Notes: generated by a model from the sequence alone, not told the origin. DNA of 64,000 nucleotides from an uncultured Candidatus Saccharibacteria bacterium (GCA_965230995.1 OZ246398.1:144227-208226), one strand, 5' to 3'; shown: positions 28,951 to 37,441, numbered from the stretch's first letter. Made by a program: numbers and translations.

Positions 28951-29105
28951 AGTGCCGGGATTCGAACATTACATGTTCAGTACCCCGATTGGATTTTTCT
29001 GTTCGTTTCACTCCAGAAAAATGCTCAATCGGGCTTCGAATCCCTGACAAACAGTATGTTTATACTGTTTGTCCACTCCTCCAAAATTTCCTAAAGGAAT
29101 TTTTG
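28951..29105. mobile_element. tRNA-Pro-associated miniature palindromic element (copy 2), bounded by a duplicate of the tRNA 3' end
   Basis: AGTGCCGGGATTCGAAC at 28951 and 29110; same 63-bp core as copy 1; mobility is inferred. Confidence 0.6.
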
Positions 29106-29178
29106 TCGGAGTGCCGGGATTCGAACCCGGAGTCGCTCGCTCCCAAAGCGAGAATGTTAGCCGTTACACCACACTCCG
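29106..29178 (-). tRNA. tRNA-Pro(TGG)
   Basis: CGGAGTG/CACTCCG acceptor; CTCGC-TTTGGGA-GCGAG anticodon arm; GGTTCGAATCC. Confidence 0.95.
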
Positions 29179-29225
29179 ATATAACGTGGCTATCATAGCA
29201 TAAAAAAATGATATGTACACCCTCG

Positions 29226-29600
29226 CTAGGAATTAATAACGGGAATCATTTCTACTTTTGCTTTTTTCTGAACTGATGAGTATTTTACTGTCACAAGAAA
29301 TACTCCCCACTCCCCTTTTATGTTTCTTTGAGAAATATAAATATCTATTATCCTATAGAACTTTCGTAATTTATCACTATGCAAATTTTCTTCCGGTCTG
29401 AAACCAAAATCAGAATCAATATTTGTCCGAGAAACACTTTTTACCTCACAAAAATAGATTTTGCCATTTTTTTCAGCAACGATGTCTATTTCACCTAAAA
29501 AATGTCTAAAATTTCTTTCGATAATCTTAAAGCTATTCTTCTCTAAATATCTTCCAGCAATTTCCTCCCCTATTTTTCCAATTTCATTATGTCTGGCCAT
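29226..29600 (-). CDS. yraN: YraN family endonuclease-like protein
   Basis: GKIGEEIA, ERNFR, GEIDIVA and FCEVKS motifs. Confidence 0.9.
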   Translation of the reverse strand: MARHNEIGKIGEEIAGRYLEKNSFKIIERNFRHFLGEIDIVAEKNGKIYFCEVKSVSRTNIDSDFGFRPEENLHSDKLRKFYRIIDIYISQRNIKGEWGVFLVTVKYSSVQKKAKVEMIPVINS

Positions 29601-29640
29601 TTTTACTAATTATACGCCAAAAAGACACTTTTTGTCCTTG

Positions 29641-29701
29641 TTATACACACTATCCCCATAGTTATCCACAGTTTGGGGACAAAAGTCCTATATTATCCAC
29701 A
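29641..29701 (+). promoter_or_regulatory. Cluster of co-oriented DnaA boxes
   Basis: TTATACACA 29641, TTATCCACA 29662 and 29693, degenerate CTATCCCCA 29650. Confidence 0.7.
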
Positions 29702-29892
29702 CCTTTGTCCAGTCTTTAATATAAAAAACAATACCTGTAACATCTTTTATGAGCCAAAATTAATATTGCCCGTTAGGTAAAGTAGTCTCTGGTGTTTATA
29801 AAAAAGTCTTTTGGCTTTTAATGCTCTACCTACAGCAAGTCTGAAAACAAAGAACCTCGATACACATTTGTGTCGAGGTTCTTTGTTTCTTG

Positions 29893-29963
29893 TGCGGATA
29901 GGGAGAATCGAACTCCCATCTGCCCCATGGCAAGGGGCCATTTTACCACTAAACTATATCCGC
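29893..29963 (-). tRNA. tRNA-Gly(GCC)
   Basis: GCGGATA/TATCCGC acceptor; GCCCC-TTGCCAT-GGGGC anticodon arm; followed by a terminator at ~29845-29889. Confidence 0.95.
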
Positions 29964-30065
29964 GATTTGCCTAATTGTATATGAATGTTCATTAAAATCA
30001 AGTTTATCAATCTGTTCGTTGATTAATTGTAAAAATAATGTATTATTACGTCACATAGCCATAAT

Positions 30066-30140
30066 GCTCCCGTGGTGAAATGGATATCACATCGGTCTTC
30101 GGAACCGCTGTTCTGGGTTCGAGTCCTGGCGGGAGCACCA
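30066..30140 (+). tRNA. tRNA-Arg(TCG)
   Basis: GCTCCCG/CGGGAGC acceptor; anticodon loop CTTCGGA; GGTTCGAGTCC; encoded CCA. Confidence 0.92.
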
Positions 30141-30423
30141 GAAAGGAAATTGCAAGTCGGAGCTCGCCGCCTAAAACCACAAAAGAGCCCGGGGGAATAT
30201 CGGTGCGAACAATGTTTTGAATTGAGGGGGAAAAAAAATTTTTAATCCAATACGGAAACTCAGAAAAGACCCTAAAATATCGGCTTTTTTTGTTTGCCGC
30301 TTACACTTGACTTCAAGGTATATATATGATATGCTATTGGTGTCGTCGGAATTCCAAAAACCCGCTGACCTTGACGGTATCGTGCCGTCTAGAACATCAC
30401 ATCCCGAAGAAGGAGCGTTATTC

Positions 30424-30576
30424 ATGAAAAAAAATCTGGTGCTCGTCGGCAAGGCCGTCGCGCTCATCTGTTCGGTCGCGGGTCTGTATTTCACCGCGAT
30501 GGGGCAGCACGAGGCCTCATCGATCGCGTGGAACAGTGCCGCTATCGCACTATGGGCCGTTTCGTTCGCCGCGTAG
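30424..30576 (+). CDS. Small orphan two-TM peptide (50 aa)
   Basis: AAGGAG SD; TTGACT-17-TATGCT promoter at ~30307-30335; terminator at ~30601-30637; GC-rich. Confidence 0.6.
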   Translation: MKKNLVLVGKAVALICSVAGLYFTAMGQHEASSIAWNSAAIALWAVSFAA

Positions 30577-30655
30577 CGTCGCTCGTCACACGGCCCCATC
30601 ACCGCGCTATTCTCCGGAGTAGTGCGGCTTTTCTTTTTTATTTAGGATTAAAAAA

Positions 30656-31669
30656 TCATCTCTCCATTTTCTTTAGCAGTTCCAAATATAGGTCTTCTAC
30701 TATTTTTTTCTGCTCCTCCCCTGATTTTGCATAGTGATCTAATCCAGGAGAAGAATTAATCTCCAACACATAATATTCATTGGGTTTTTCTGTAATATCT
30801 CCATTTACCATAATATCTACACCGCAAATTCTGAGACCCATCCCCTTTGTAATATTAATCGCTATATCCTTGAAATCTTGGTTGATTTCACGTGTAACAT
30901 CGACGCTCTCCCCTCCTGTCGATAGATTTGCATTGTCCAAAAGAAAGACTTTCTCACCAGATCGCAAAACATCTGACATTTTTAAACCAAGTCTATTTAA
31001 TTTGTTTGATATTCTAATATCATTCAAATCAATAATATTTCCTTTGCCCTGCTTTTTAAAAAACTCCTTTTTATTCTTTACTAGGCTTTCTATATCAAAA
31101 ACACCATCTCCGATAACAGAAAAAGGTTCTCTGGTATAGGCGGAAATGACTTTGTCGTCGAGAACAACAATTCTGCAATCCACGCCAGAAACAACGCTTT
31201 GGACTAATATTATCCTGTCATATTGAAATATTTCCTCCCCTGCTTTGTAGAATTCGTCTTTATTCGAAACAAAAAACACACCCTTGCCCTGACTTCCACT
31301 ATTTGGCTTCACAATTACTGGAAATCCTATTGATTCTGCATATTTATAGGCATTATCTAATTTTCTATCATACACCCCTATTATTTCCGACCATTCGTCC
31401 GAGAAAAAAGTCTTGCTATTTGGGACAACAGGAAAACCAAGCTGTTTTAAAAAGAAATTTGTGTAATCTTTGTCGACAGCAATTTTTACCGAGCCCGCGT
31501 GGTTTAGATCAAAAGAATTATATTTAAAATATGAAAAAAGACCGCTTTTCCATTTTATTCTTCCGCAAACTCCCCACTCTGGTTCAATCAAAACCTCTGC
31601 CCCTATTTTGGAAGCAAGTTTTTTAATCAGATCTCGCGAAGTTAGTGGATAGTATTCTTTTTCGTTCAT
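30656..31669 (-). CDS. ATP-grasp ligase (cyanophycin synthetase / GshAB ATP-grasp-like)
   Basis: PVIVKPNSGSQGKGV, ANLSTGG, CGVDI and LEINSSPG motifs; ATG at 31669. Confidence 0.85.
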   Translation of the reverse strand: MNEKEYYPLTSRDLIKKLASKIGAEVLIEPEWGVCGRIKWKSGLFSYFKYNSFDLNHAGSVKIAVDKDYTNFFLKQLGFPVVPNSKTFFSDEWSEIIGVYDRKLDNAYKYAESIGFPVIVKPNSGSQGKGVFFVSNKDEFYKAGEEIFQYDRIILVQSVVSGVDCRIVVLDDKVISAYTREPFSVIGDGVFDIESLVKNKKEFFKKQGKGNIIDLNDIRISNKLNRLGLKMSDVLRSGEKVFLLDNANLSTGGESVDVTREINQDFKDIAINITKGMGLRICGVDIMVNGDITEKPNEYYVLEINSSPGLDHYAKSGEEQKKIVEDLYLELLKKMER

Positions 31670-31742
31670 TTGCGTATTATACACATAATCAAAGAAAATG
31701 TTTCGCGTGTAACATTCCATAAAATGATATATAATTATCAAA

Positions 31743-33230
31743 ATGAAAAAAGCCTCAATTGACCCAAAAACCTTTAATATTCCGGAGGTTGTTTCGCGTG
31801 TAACATCTGTTTTACAAGATAATGGCTATGAAGCCTATATTGTCGGCGGTTGTGTTCGTGACCTTTTCCTTGGAAAAACGCCTAAAGATTGGGATATAAC
31901 AACAAATGCCACTCCTGAACAGATTATTTCCCTATATCCAGAAACATTTTACGAAAATTCTTTTGGAACGGTTGGTGTCGTGACAGAATCAGAAGAGCCT
32001 ACACTAAAGGTTATCGAAATAACCACATATCGAATAGAATCGGGCTACAGCGACAAAAGAAGACCTGACAATGTATCTTTTAGTGTAAACATACACGACG
32101 ACCTAATGAGACGCGATTTTACGATAAACGCAATGGCTTTTGATCCGAAGTCCGGGACTCTCATTGATTCCTTTGGCGGAATTGAAGATTTACACAAAAA
32201 ACAAATAAAAACAGTTGGAAATCCCGAGGATAGGTTCAACGAAGATGGTCTACGGATATTGCGTGCGATACGACTTAGCTCTGAACTTGGTTTTGATATC
32301 GAAGAAAAAACAGAAAAAGCCATAAAGGACAATTCTTCCCTACTCAATCATATTTCTGCAGAAAGAATCCGCGATGAATTCATAAAAGTCATTTCTTCAC
32401 AGAACGCTCTGCAAGGTATTGTAAACAGTCACAGATTAGGTGTTCTGTCCTTTATAATCCCAGAATTAGAAGAAGGAATTGGTGTGGAACAAACTGCTAC
32501 ACACGCTTATGATGTATGGACACACCTATTAAAAAGCCTAGAACATTCAATAAACAAAGAATATCCGTTACACGTGAAACTGGCTGCCTTGTTACACGAT
32601 ATAGGAAAGCCACGTTCAAGGAGATTTTCAACAGGTAAAGAAAAATATACCTTCTACGGTCACGAAGTTTCAGGGGCTAAAATAGCCAAAAGCATACTAG
32701 AAAGGCTTAAATTTCCAAAAGAAACGGTAGAAAAAGTAACAAAATTGGTTAGATGGCATATGTTTTTCTCGGATACCGAACAAATTACATTGTCTGCAGT
32801 AAGAAGAATGATAGTAAATGTAGGAAGTGATCTAGTCTGGGATTTAATGAACGTTAGAATATGTGACAGAATTGGAACAGGAAGACCAAAGGAAAACCCT
32901 TACAGATTAAGAAAATACAAAGCAATGGTTGAAGAAGCTCTACGAGACCCTATTTCTGTCCAGATGTTAAATATCGATGGTAAAAGGATTATGGATGTTA
33001 CACGTGAAAACCCTGGACCAAAGATTGGCTATATTTTAAATGCCCTACTTGAAGAGGTTTTGGACAATCCAACCCTAAATACAGCCGAATATCTAGAAAA
33101 AAGAACACTGGAGCTGTCAAAATTAGATGAAAAAGAGCTTAGAAAGATTTCAGATAAAGGAAAAGAAAAGAAAGACGAAGAAGAAAAGAAAGAACTAAAA
33201 AAGATTCACGCGAAACATAAAGTAGATTAG
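31743..33230 (+). CDS. cca: CCA tRNA nucleotidyltransferase with HD domain
   Basis: VGGCVRD..DWDITT, RRDFTINA, EDGLRILRA and LLHDIGKP motifs. Confidence 0.92.
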   Translation: MKKASIDPKTFNIPEVVSRVTSVLQDNGYEAYIVGGCVRDLFLGKTPKDWDITTNATPEQIISLYPETFYENSFGTVGVVTESEEPTLKVIEITTYRIESGYSDKRRPDNVSFSVNIHDDLMRRDFTINAMAFDPKSGTLIDSFGGIEDLHKKQIKTVGNPEDRFNEDGLRILRAIRLSSELGFDIEEKTEKAIKDNSSLLNHISAERIRDEFIKVISSQNALQGIVNSHRLGVLSFIIPELEEGIGVEQTATHAYDVWTHLLKSLEHSINKEYPLHVKLAALLHDIGKPRSRRFSTGKEKYTFYGHEVSGAKIAKSILERLKFPKETVEKVTKLVRWHMFFSDTEQITLSAVRRMIVNVGSDLVWDLMNVRICDRIGTGRPKENPYRLRKYKAMVEEALRDPISVQMLNIDGKRIMDVTRENPGPKIGYILNALLEEVLDNPTLNTAEYLEKRTLELSKLDEKELRKISDKGKEKKDEEEKKELKKIHAKHKVD

Positions 33231-33257
33231 TTACACGCGAAACATAGATAATACTAC

Positions 33258-33297
33258 AAAACACAAAAACGGCTTTATAAAGCCGTTTTTGTGTTTT
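33258..33297 (+). terminator. Intrinsic terminator after cca
   Basis: AAAACACAAAAACGGCTTT-AT-AAAGCCGTTTTTGTGTTTT. Confidence 0.8.
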
Positions 33298-33348
33298 TGT
33301 TCCACGTGTAACACTGTATTTTGTTTCTTGTGAAACATTTTATTGTAT

Positions 33349-33608
33349 AAAAAGGTAGGGGCGGAGAGTAAACGGTACTCTACTACGCCCCTTTCTGTGG
33401 TTGGGTGGTACGAGGTGGCATTACTGCCGGTACCCACCATTTCGAAGCCTGGAAAGACGACAGCCAATCGCCCGCCGGATCGCTTCGAGGTTAGGTTATT
33501 TGACACTGGTTGTCAAAATTAACCTTCGCAAGGAACTAAGTCCACAAACACAGAGGGGGTATGATTCAGTTCGATACGGACAACGAGTGGAGAGTCTGTG
33601 TAGTGGAC
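33349..33608 (-). ncRNA. Putative structured ncRNA B, family unknown
   Basis: TTGACA-17-TATTTT promoter (33643..33615); five consecutive hairpins; final GC hairpin plus T tract; no SD-led ORF. Confidence 0.5.
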
Positions 33609-33644
33609 GAGAATAAAATATCATAATGTATCATTTATGTCAAC

Positions 33645-33869
33645 AAAAAACCGCGCCTCACAAATTGGTACGCTGGTCGGACGAAAACTAGCGAAACAAT
33701 GCGATTTGACGCGGTGTATATCATTCTGCTGTTGCTGTGGAGTATATGCAACAGACAGAAAGACAGCGTATGTAAGAACCTGGCCAGGCCCTCTATGCTA
33801 AGGAACTAATTCTTTGAACATTCAGCCGGTTTTTGTCTTTTATCTTCTCGACTACCACCAACTGATCTG
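33645..33869 (-). ncRNA. Putative structured ncRNA A, family unknown
   Basis: TGcTATAAT extended -10 at 33884..33876; hairpins; ACCGCG...CGCGGTTTTTT end; shares TTAGTTCCTT with ncRNA B. Confidence 0.45.
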
Positions 33870-33945
33870 TTGTCCATTATAGCAACATATAAAGGACACG
33901 CAAATAAAAGTTGTGGATAAGTGTCCTTTAAGGTGTAAAGGACAA

Positions 33946-34716
33946 TTATAAATTAATATCGAGCGAAATAGGGCAGTGGTCGGATCCTGTTATATCTGTG
34001 TGTATTTCAGCGCTTTTTACTTTTGGAATAATCTCTTTGTTTATAAAAAAATAGTCAATTCTCCAGCCAACATTTCTCTCTCTTGCACTGGTTTTTGTAT
34101 CCCAATATGAATAAACATTTTTCTTTTCTGTATTTAAAAATCTCCAAATATCTACATAACCATTTGAAATGACCTCGTCGATCCATGCCCTCTCGATAGG
34201 GAGAAAACCTGTACTTTCCATATTTTCTTTTGGTCTTGCAAGGTCAATTTCTGTATGTGCAGTATTTACATCACCACAAAATATGACGTTTTTGCCTTGT
34301 TTCTTGAAAAAATTCATTTTTTCAAGAAATGCCTTATAAAATCTAAGTTTGTAATCTAACCTGACAGGACCACCGCCCCCGTTTGGAAAATAGGCGTTAA
34401 CTACAATGTATTTTCCAAAATCGACAATTAGAGTACGGCCTTCCTTATCAAATTCTTCAATTCCGAGACCTTCATATACCTTTTCTGGCTTGATTTTTGT
34501 ATAGATAGCGACACCACTGTAGCCTTTTTTCTCTTTAGAATGGTCAAAATATGCAAAAAAACCGAGGGGATTACGCACTTCTTCGGGCATTTGATCTGGA
34601 TGTGCCTTTGTTTCTTGTAAACAAAAAATGTCTGGCGAATCGCTTATTAGCCAGTTCCAGGCCCCTTTTTTGTAATTAGCTCTCACTCCGTTTACATTCC
34701 AAGAAACAATTCTCAT
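33946..34716 (-). CDS. xth: Exodeoxyribonuclease III
   Basis: SWNVNG, CLQETK, GYSGV, GWRIDY and SDHCP motifs. Confidence 0.97.
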   Translation of the reverse strand: MRIVSWNVNGVRANYKKGAWNWLISDSPDIFCLQETKAHPDQMPEEVRNPLGFFAYFDHSKEKKGYSGVAIYTKIKPEKVYEGLGIEEFDKEGRTLIVDFGKYIVVNAYFPNGGGGPVRLDYKLRFYKAFLEKMNFFKKQGKNVIFCGDVNTAHTEIDLARPKENMESTGFLPIERAWIDEVISNGYVDIWRFLNTEKKNVYSYWDTKTSARERNVGWRIDYFFINKEIIPKVKSAEIHTDITGSDHCPISLDINL

Positions 34717-34774
34717 ATTATTATCATAGCATAAATGGTGCGGGGGCCGGATTTGTTAGATCTCGGCCCCCAAA

Positions 34775-35002
34775 TCACCTGCAAAGAGCCAGCGCCCGAG
34801 TCACGAGCGAATCATCTTGCTTGCCGAGAGGTCGAGGCAAACTCAAGAGTTCCTGCCTTCGGGCCAAAATCGTTTCTCTGGCCCTGCTCTGAAAACCCTT
34901 GAAATATCGTCCGCCCCTGTTCTCGGCGTACAAAAGGAGTCTTTCTAGCTTGGAGAGCAAATCACCCTCTTCGGCAAGAATCGCATCGATTGGGTTATCC
35001 AT
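34775..35002 (-). CDS. Small orphan protein (75 aa)
   Basis: AAGGAGGT SD; TGgTACAAT promoter; GC hairpin terminator at ~34743-34770. Confidence 0.65.
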   Translation of the reverse strand: MDNPIDAILAEEGDLLSKLERLLLYAENRGGRYFKGFQSRARETILARRQELLSLPRPLGKQDDSLVTRALALCR

Positions 35003-35094
35003 ATGACCTCCTTGTGTGGAAGTGAAAGAACCCACTTACATTTATTGTACCATATATATTTGAAACATCTTCTTTCTGGTGTACTATTCATATT

Positions 35095-36045
35095 ATGGAA
35101 TTTTTTAAAAAAACTATCGAAACAATAAAGGAAGGGGAGAGACAAAGTAAAATAATCGTTCTACTTTGTCTAATGATATTTGTGATTTCTGGTCTTTCTG
35201 TAAATAATGAAATCCGTGCAAGAAGAGTTATTTCGGAACTAGAAAAACAAAATCTATCACTCGGAGAAATAAAATCTGATTTATCTTCAACTACTACAAA
35301 ACTTGGACTTGCAATATCAAATTCTCATCTTTCACTTTCTGAAGAATTAACAAAAGAAAAAGAAAAGGCAAGTGTTCTAGAAAACAAATTGGGAACATTC
35401 GAGGAAAAAGTAGGGACTATATCTGGTACTGTTACAACTTTGGAAAAATTGAGCAAAACAGATCCAGAACTTTTGCAAAAATATTCAAAAGTATTTTTTC
35501 TAAACGAACATTACGCACCTGAAAGACTTGTACAAATTGAAGAGCAATACGAATATTCTAAAACCAAGACAAATAAAATTCACGCTGGAGTTTGGCCTAA
35601 TCTACTCAGACTACTCGTACAATCAAAAATCGATGGAGTAGATATTTTTATTCTCTCAGCATTTAGATCTTTTGAAGAACAAAAGAGTCTCAAGGGACAA
35701 TATTCTGTTACATACGGAGCGGGAACTGCAAATCAATTTTCTGCTGATCAAGGATATTCTGAACACCAGCTAGGGACTGCTGTAGATTTTATGACAACTG
35801 GAATAGGTGGTTCTCTAACGACTGCTTTCGACAAAACAAAAGCATACGAGTGGCTGACAAATAATGCATATCGATATGGTTTTACACTTTCATATCCAAA
35901 AGGTAATTCATACTATGTTTACGAACCATGGCACTGGAGATTTGTCGGAGTGTCTCTTGCAACATATCTGCATAATAACCAAAAGAATTTTTACGATATG
36001 GACCAAAGAGATATCGATACATATTTAGTTAGTATGTTTGATTAA
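35095..36045 (+). CDS. D-Ala-D-Ala carboxypeptidase (M15B/VanY-like), membrane anchored
   Basis: SAFRS, SEHQLGTAVD and YEPWHWRFVG motifs. Confidence 0.9.
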   Translation: MEFFKKTIETIKEGERQSKIIVLLCLMIFVISGLSVNNEIRARRVISELEKQNLSLGEIKSDLSSTTTKLGLAISNSHLSLSEELTKEKEKASVLENKLGTFEEKVGTISGTVTTLEKLSKTDPELLQKYSKVFFLNEHYAPERLVQIEEQYEYSKTKTNKIHAGVWPNLLRLLVQSKIDGVDIFILSAFRSFEEQKSLKGQYSVTYGAGTANQFSADQGYSEHQLGTAVDFMTTGIGGSLTTAFDKTKAYEWLTNNAYRYGFTLSYPKGNSYYVYEPWHWRFVGVSLATYLHNNQKNFYDMDQRDIDTYLVSMFD

Positions 36046-36056
36046 ATAACAAAACA

Positions 36057-36077
36057 GCCCCGCGCGAAGCGCGGGGC
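36057..36077. repeat. GC-rich palindrome/terminator; near-identical inverted copy at 37981..38001
   Basis: GCCCCGCGCGAAGCGCGGGGC vs GCCCCGCGCTTCGCGCGGGCC. Confidence 0.7.
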
Positions 36078-36088
36078 TGTTTTTGTAA

Positions 36089-36985
36089 TTATCTTTTGTT
36101 GTGAAAGTTTTTGTGAACATCACGAAGATGTTTATCTGTAACGTGAGTATATATCTGTGTAGTGCCAATATTGGCATGGCCAAGCAGAGCTTGGACGGAA
36201 CGGAGATCGGCCCCGTTCGATAAAAGGTCGGTTGCAAAGGAGTGTCTGATTACATGTGGCGTCACTTTTTTTGTAATTCCTGCTTTGATTGCGTAATGTT
36301 TGATTATTCTCTGTACTGCTCTTGACACCAAACCAGAAACATCTTTGTCTTTTTTAAAGATCTGAACAAACAGAGGTTCTGCCATATCTTTTCTTACTTT
36401 TAAATATTTTTCAACTGCATCTTTTGCTTCGTCAGACACAAAGACTACTCGGACTTTTTCTCCTTTTCCACGTACTGATAATTCTTTTGCTTTTAGATTT
36501 ACATCACGTGAGAGAGAACACAATTCAGAGACTCGAAGGCCGGTTGAAAATAGCATCTCTAAAATTGCCCTGTCGCGAAGCGATCTTTCGCTATCACCTG
36601 TTGGAGCATTAAGAAGTCTGATTAATTCATCGTGGGTTATCAAATCAAGACTTCGCTCGGCAACTTTTGCGAGTTCTATCTTGTCTGGAGGTAGGGAAGT
36701 CACACCTCTTTTCATTGCATATTTAAGAAGCGATCTCAGAGCGATTAGATAATAATTCTGTGTTTTTCTCTTTAGAGTATCGTTGCCTTTGCCACTAGAC
36801 TGTCTATTTAACCACAATCTGAATTCTCTGATTGTTTCATCGGAAATATCCTTCGGATCTTTGATTTTTGTATGTTCGATAAAGCGAGAAATATACCTAT
36901 CGTAGTTTTCTACAGTTTTTAGACTGCGTCCTTTTTCAATTTCTACATATTCTAGAAACTGCCTCTTTAGGGTTTGCATATCCAT
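36089..36985 (-). CDS. XerC/XerD-like tyrosine recombinase
   Basis: TGLRVSEL, GKGEK, HVIRHSFAT and LLGHANIGTTQIY catalytic motifs. Confidence 0.92.
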   Translation of the reverse strand: MDMQTLKRQFLEYVEIEKGRSLKTVENYDRYISRFIEHTKIKDPKDISDETIREFRLWLNRQSSGKGNDTLKRKTQNYYLIALRSLLKYAMKRGVTSLPPDKIELAKVAERSLDLITHDELIRLLNAPTGDSERSLRDRAILEMLFSTGLRVSELCSLSRDVNLKAKELSVRGKGEKVRVVFVSDEAKDAVEKYLKVRKDMAEPLFVQIFKKDKDVSGLVSRAVQRIIKHYAIKAGITKKVTPHVIRHSFATDLLSNGADLRSVQALLGHANIGTTQIYTHVTDKHLRDVHKNFHNKR

Positions 36986-37105
36986 ACCTCTAATTTTAGC
37001 ATATATTTTGCGACATAAGCTATGGAAAAGTATCTATTTGGTCTTTAGATTGAGCCATATAAAGCACTTGCATTTTTGCGGTATATGTGATACCATATCG
37101 GAACC

Positions 37106-37378
37106 ATGTTAACAAAGGCAAAAACGAAAAAGGTAATAAAAGATGCCCAGACACACGACAAAGACACAGGTTCTGCGCATGTTCAGATCGCCCTCCTCAC
37201 AAAACAGATAGAGGAACTTGCCGATCACCTAAAGAAAAACGCAAAAGACAAGCATTCTCGAAGAGGTCTTTTACAGAAAGTTGCAACCAGACAAAAGCAT
37301 ATGCGATACCTAAAAAAGACTGACCCTAGAGGTTTCAATTCTCTTGCAAAGAAACTAGGAATGAAAAAAACAGCTTAA
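37106..37378 (+). CDS. rpsO: 30S ribosomal protein S15
   Basis: DTGSAHVQIALLT and KDKHSRRGLL motifs. Confidence 0.97.
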   Translation: MLTKAKTKKVIKDAQTHDKDTGSAHVQIALLTKQIEELADHLKKNAKDKHSRRGLLQKVATRQKHMRYLKKTDPRGFNSLAKKLGMKKTA

Positions 37379-37441
37379 CAAAAAATCCCTTACGGGATTT
37401 TTTGTTTGTATTTAAACTTTAACGTACTATAATTAAAATAT

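Larger units (their letters stand above)
30884..33337. promoter_or_regulatory. Cluster of nine parS-like 16-mers (ParB loading sites)
   Basis: Matches to TGTTTCACGTGAAACA at 30884, 31699, 31790, 32566, 32996, 33202, 33229, 33298 and 33322. Confidence 0.8.

Noticed and set aside
26436-29126. CRISPR array or prophage attL/attR interpretation
   Set aside because: There are only two core copies 2.5 kb apart, no spacer periodicity and no cas genes. The tRNA duplications enclose under 200 bp with no integrase.
29621-29712. Alternative replication origin near the parS cluster
   Set aside because: By eye the + strand stays A/C-rich through dnaA and turns G/T-richer in dnaN, favouring oriC at dnaA-dnaN. 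GC skew was not computed.
33231-33616. ORFs 33231..33506(-) and 33401..33616(+)
   Set aside because: Non-ATG starts, no SD, and they run through terminators, parS sites and hairpins; structured RNA explains the region better.
33553-33860. Possible tmRNA on the + strand (GGGGGTATGATT..TTCGA start, ..CCACCA end)
   Set aside because: The ends do not form the Ala acceptor stem with G3-U70, there is no T-arm before CCA, and promoters and terminators point to the minus strand.
36089-36985. Integrase of a genomic island or an integron
   Set aside because: It is Xer-sized, sits among housekeeping genes, lacks an obvious IntI insertion, and has no flanking att repeats or attC array.
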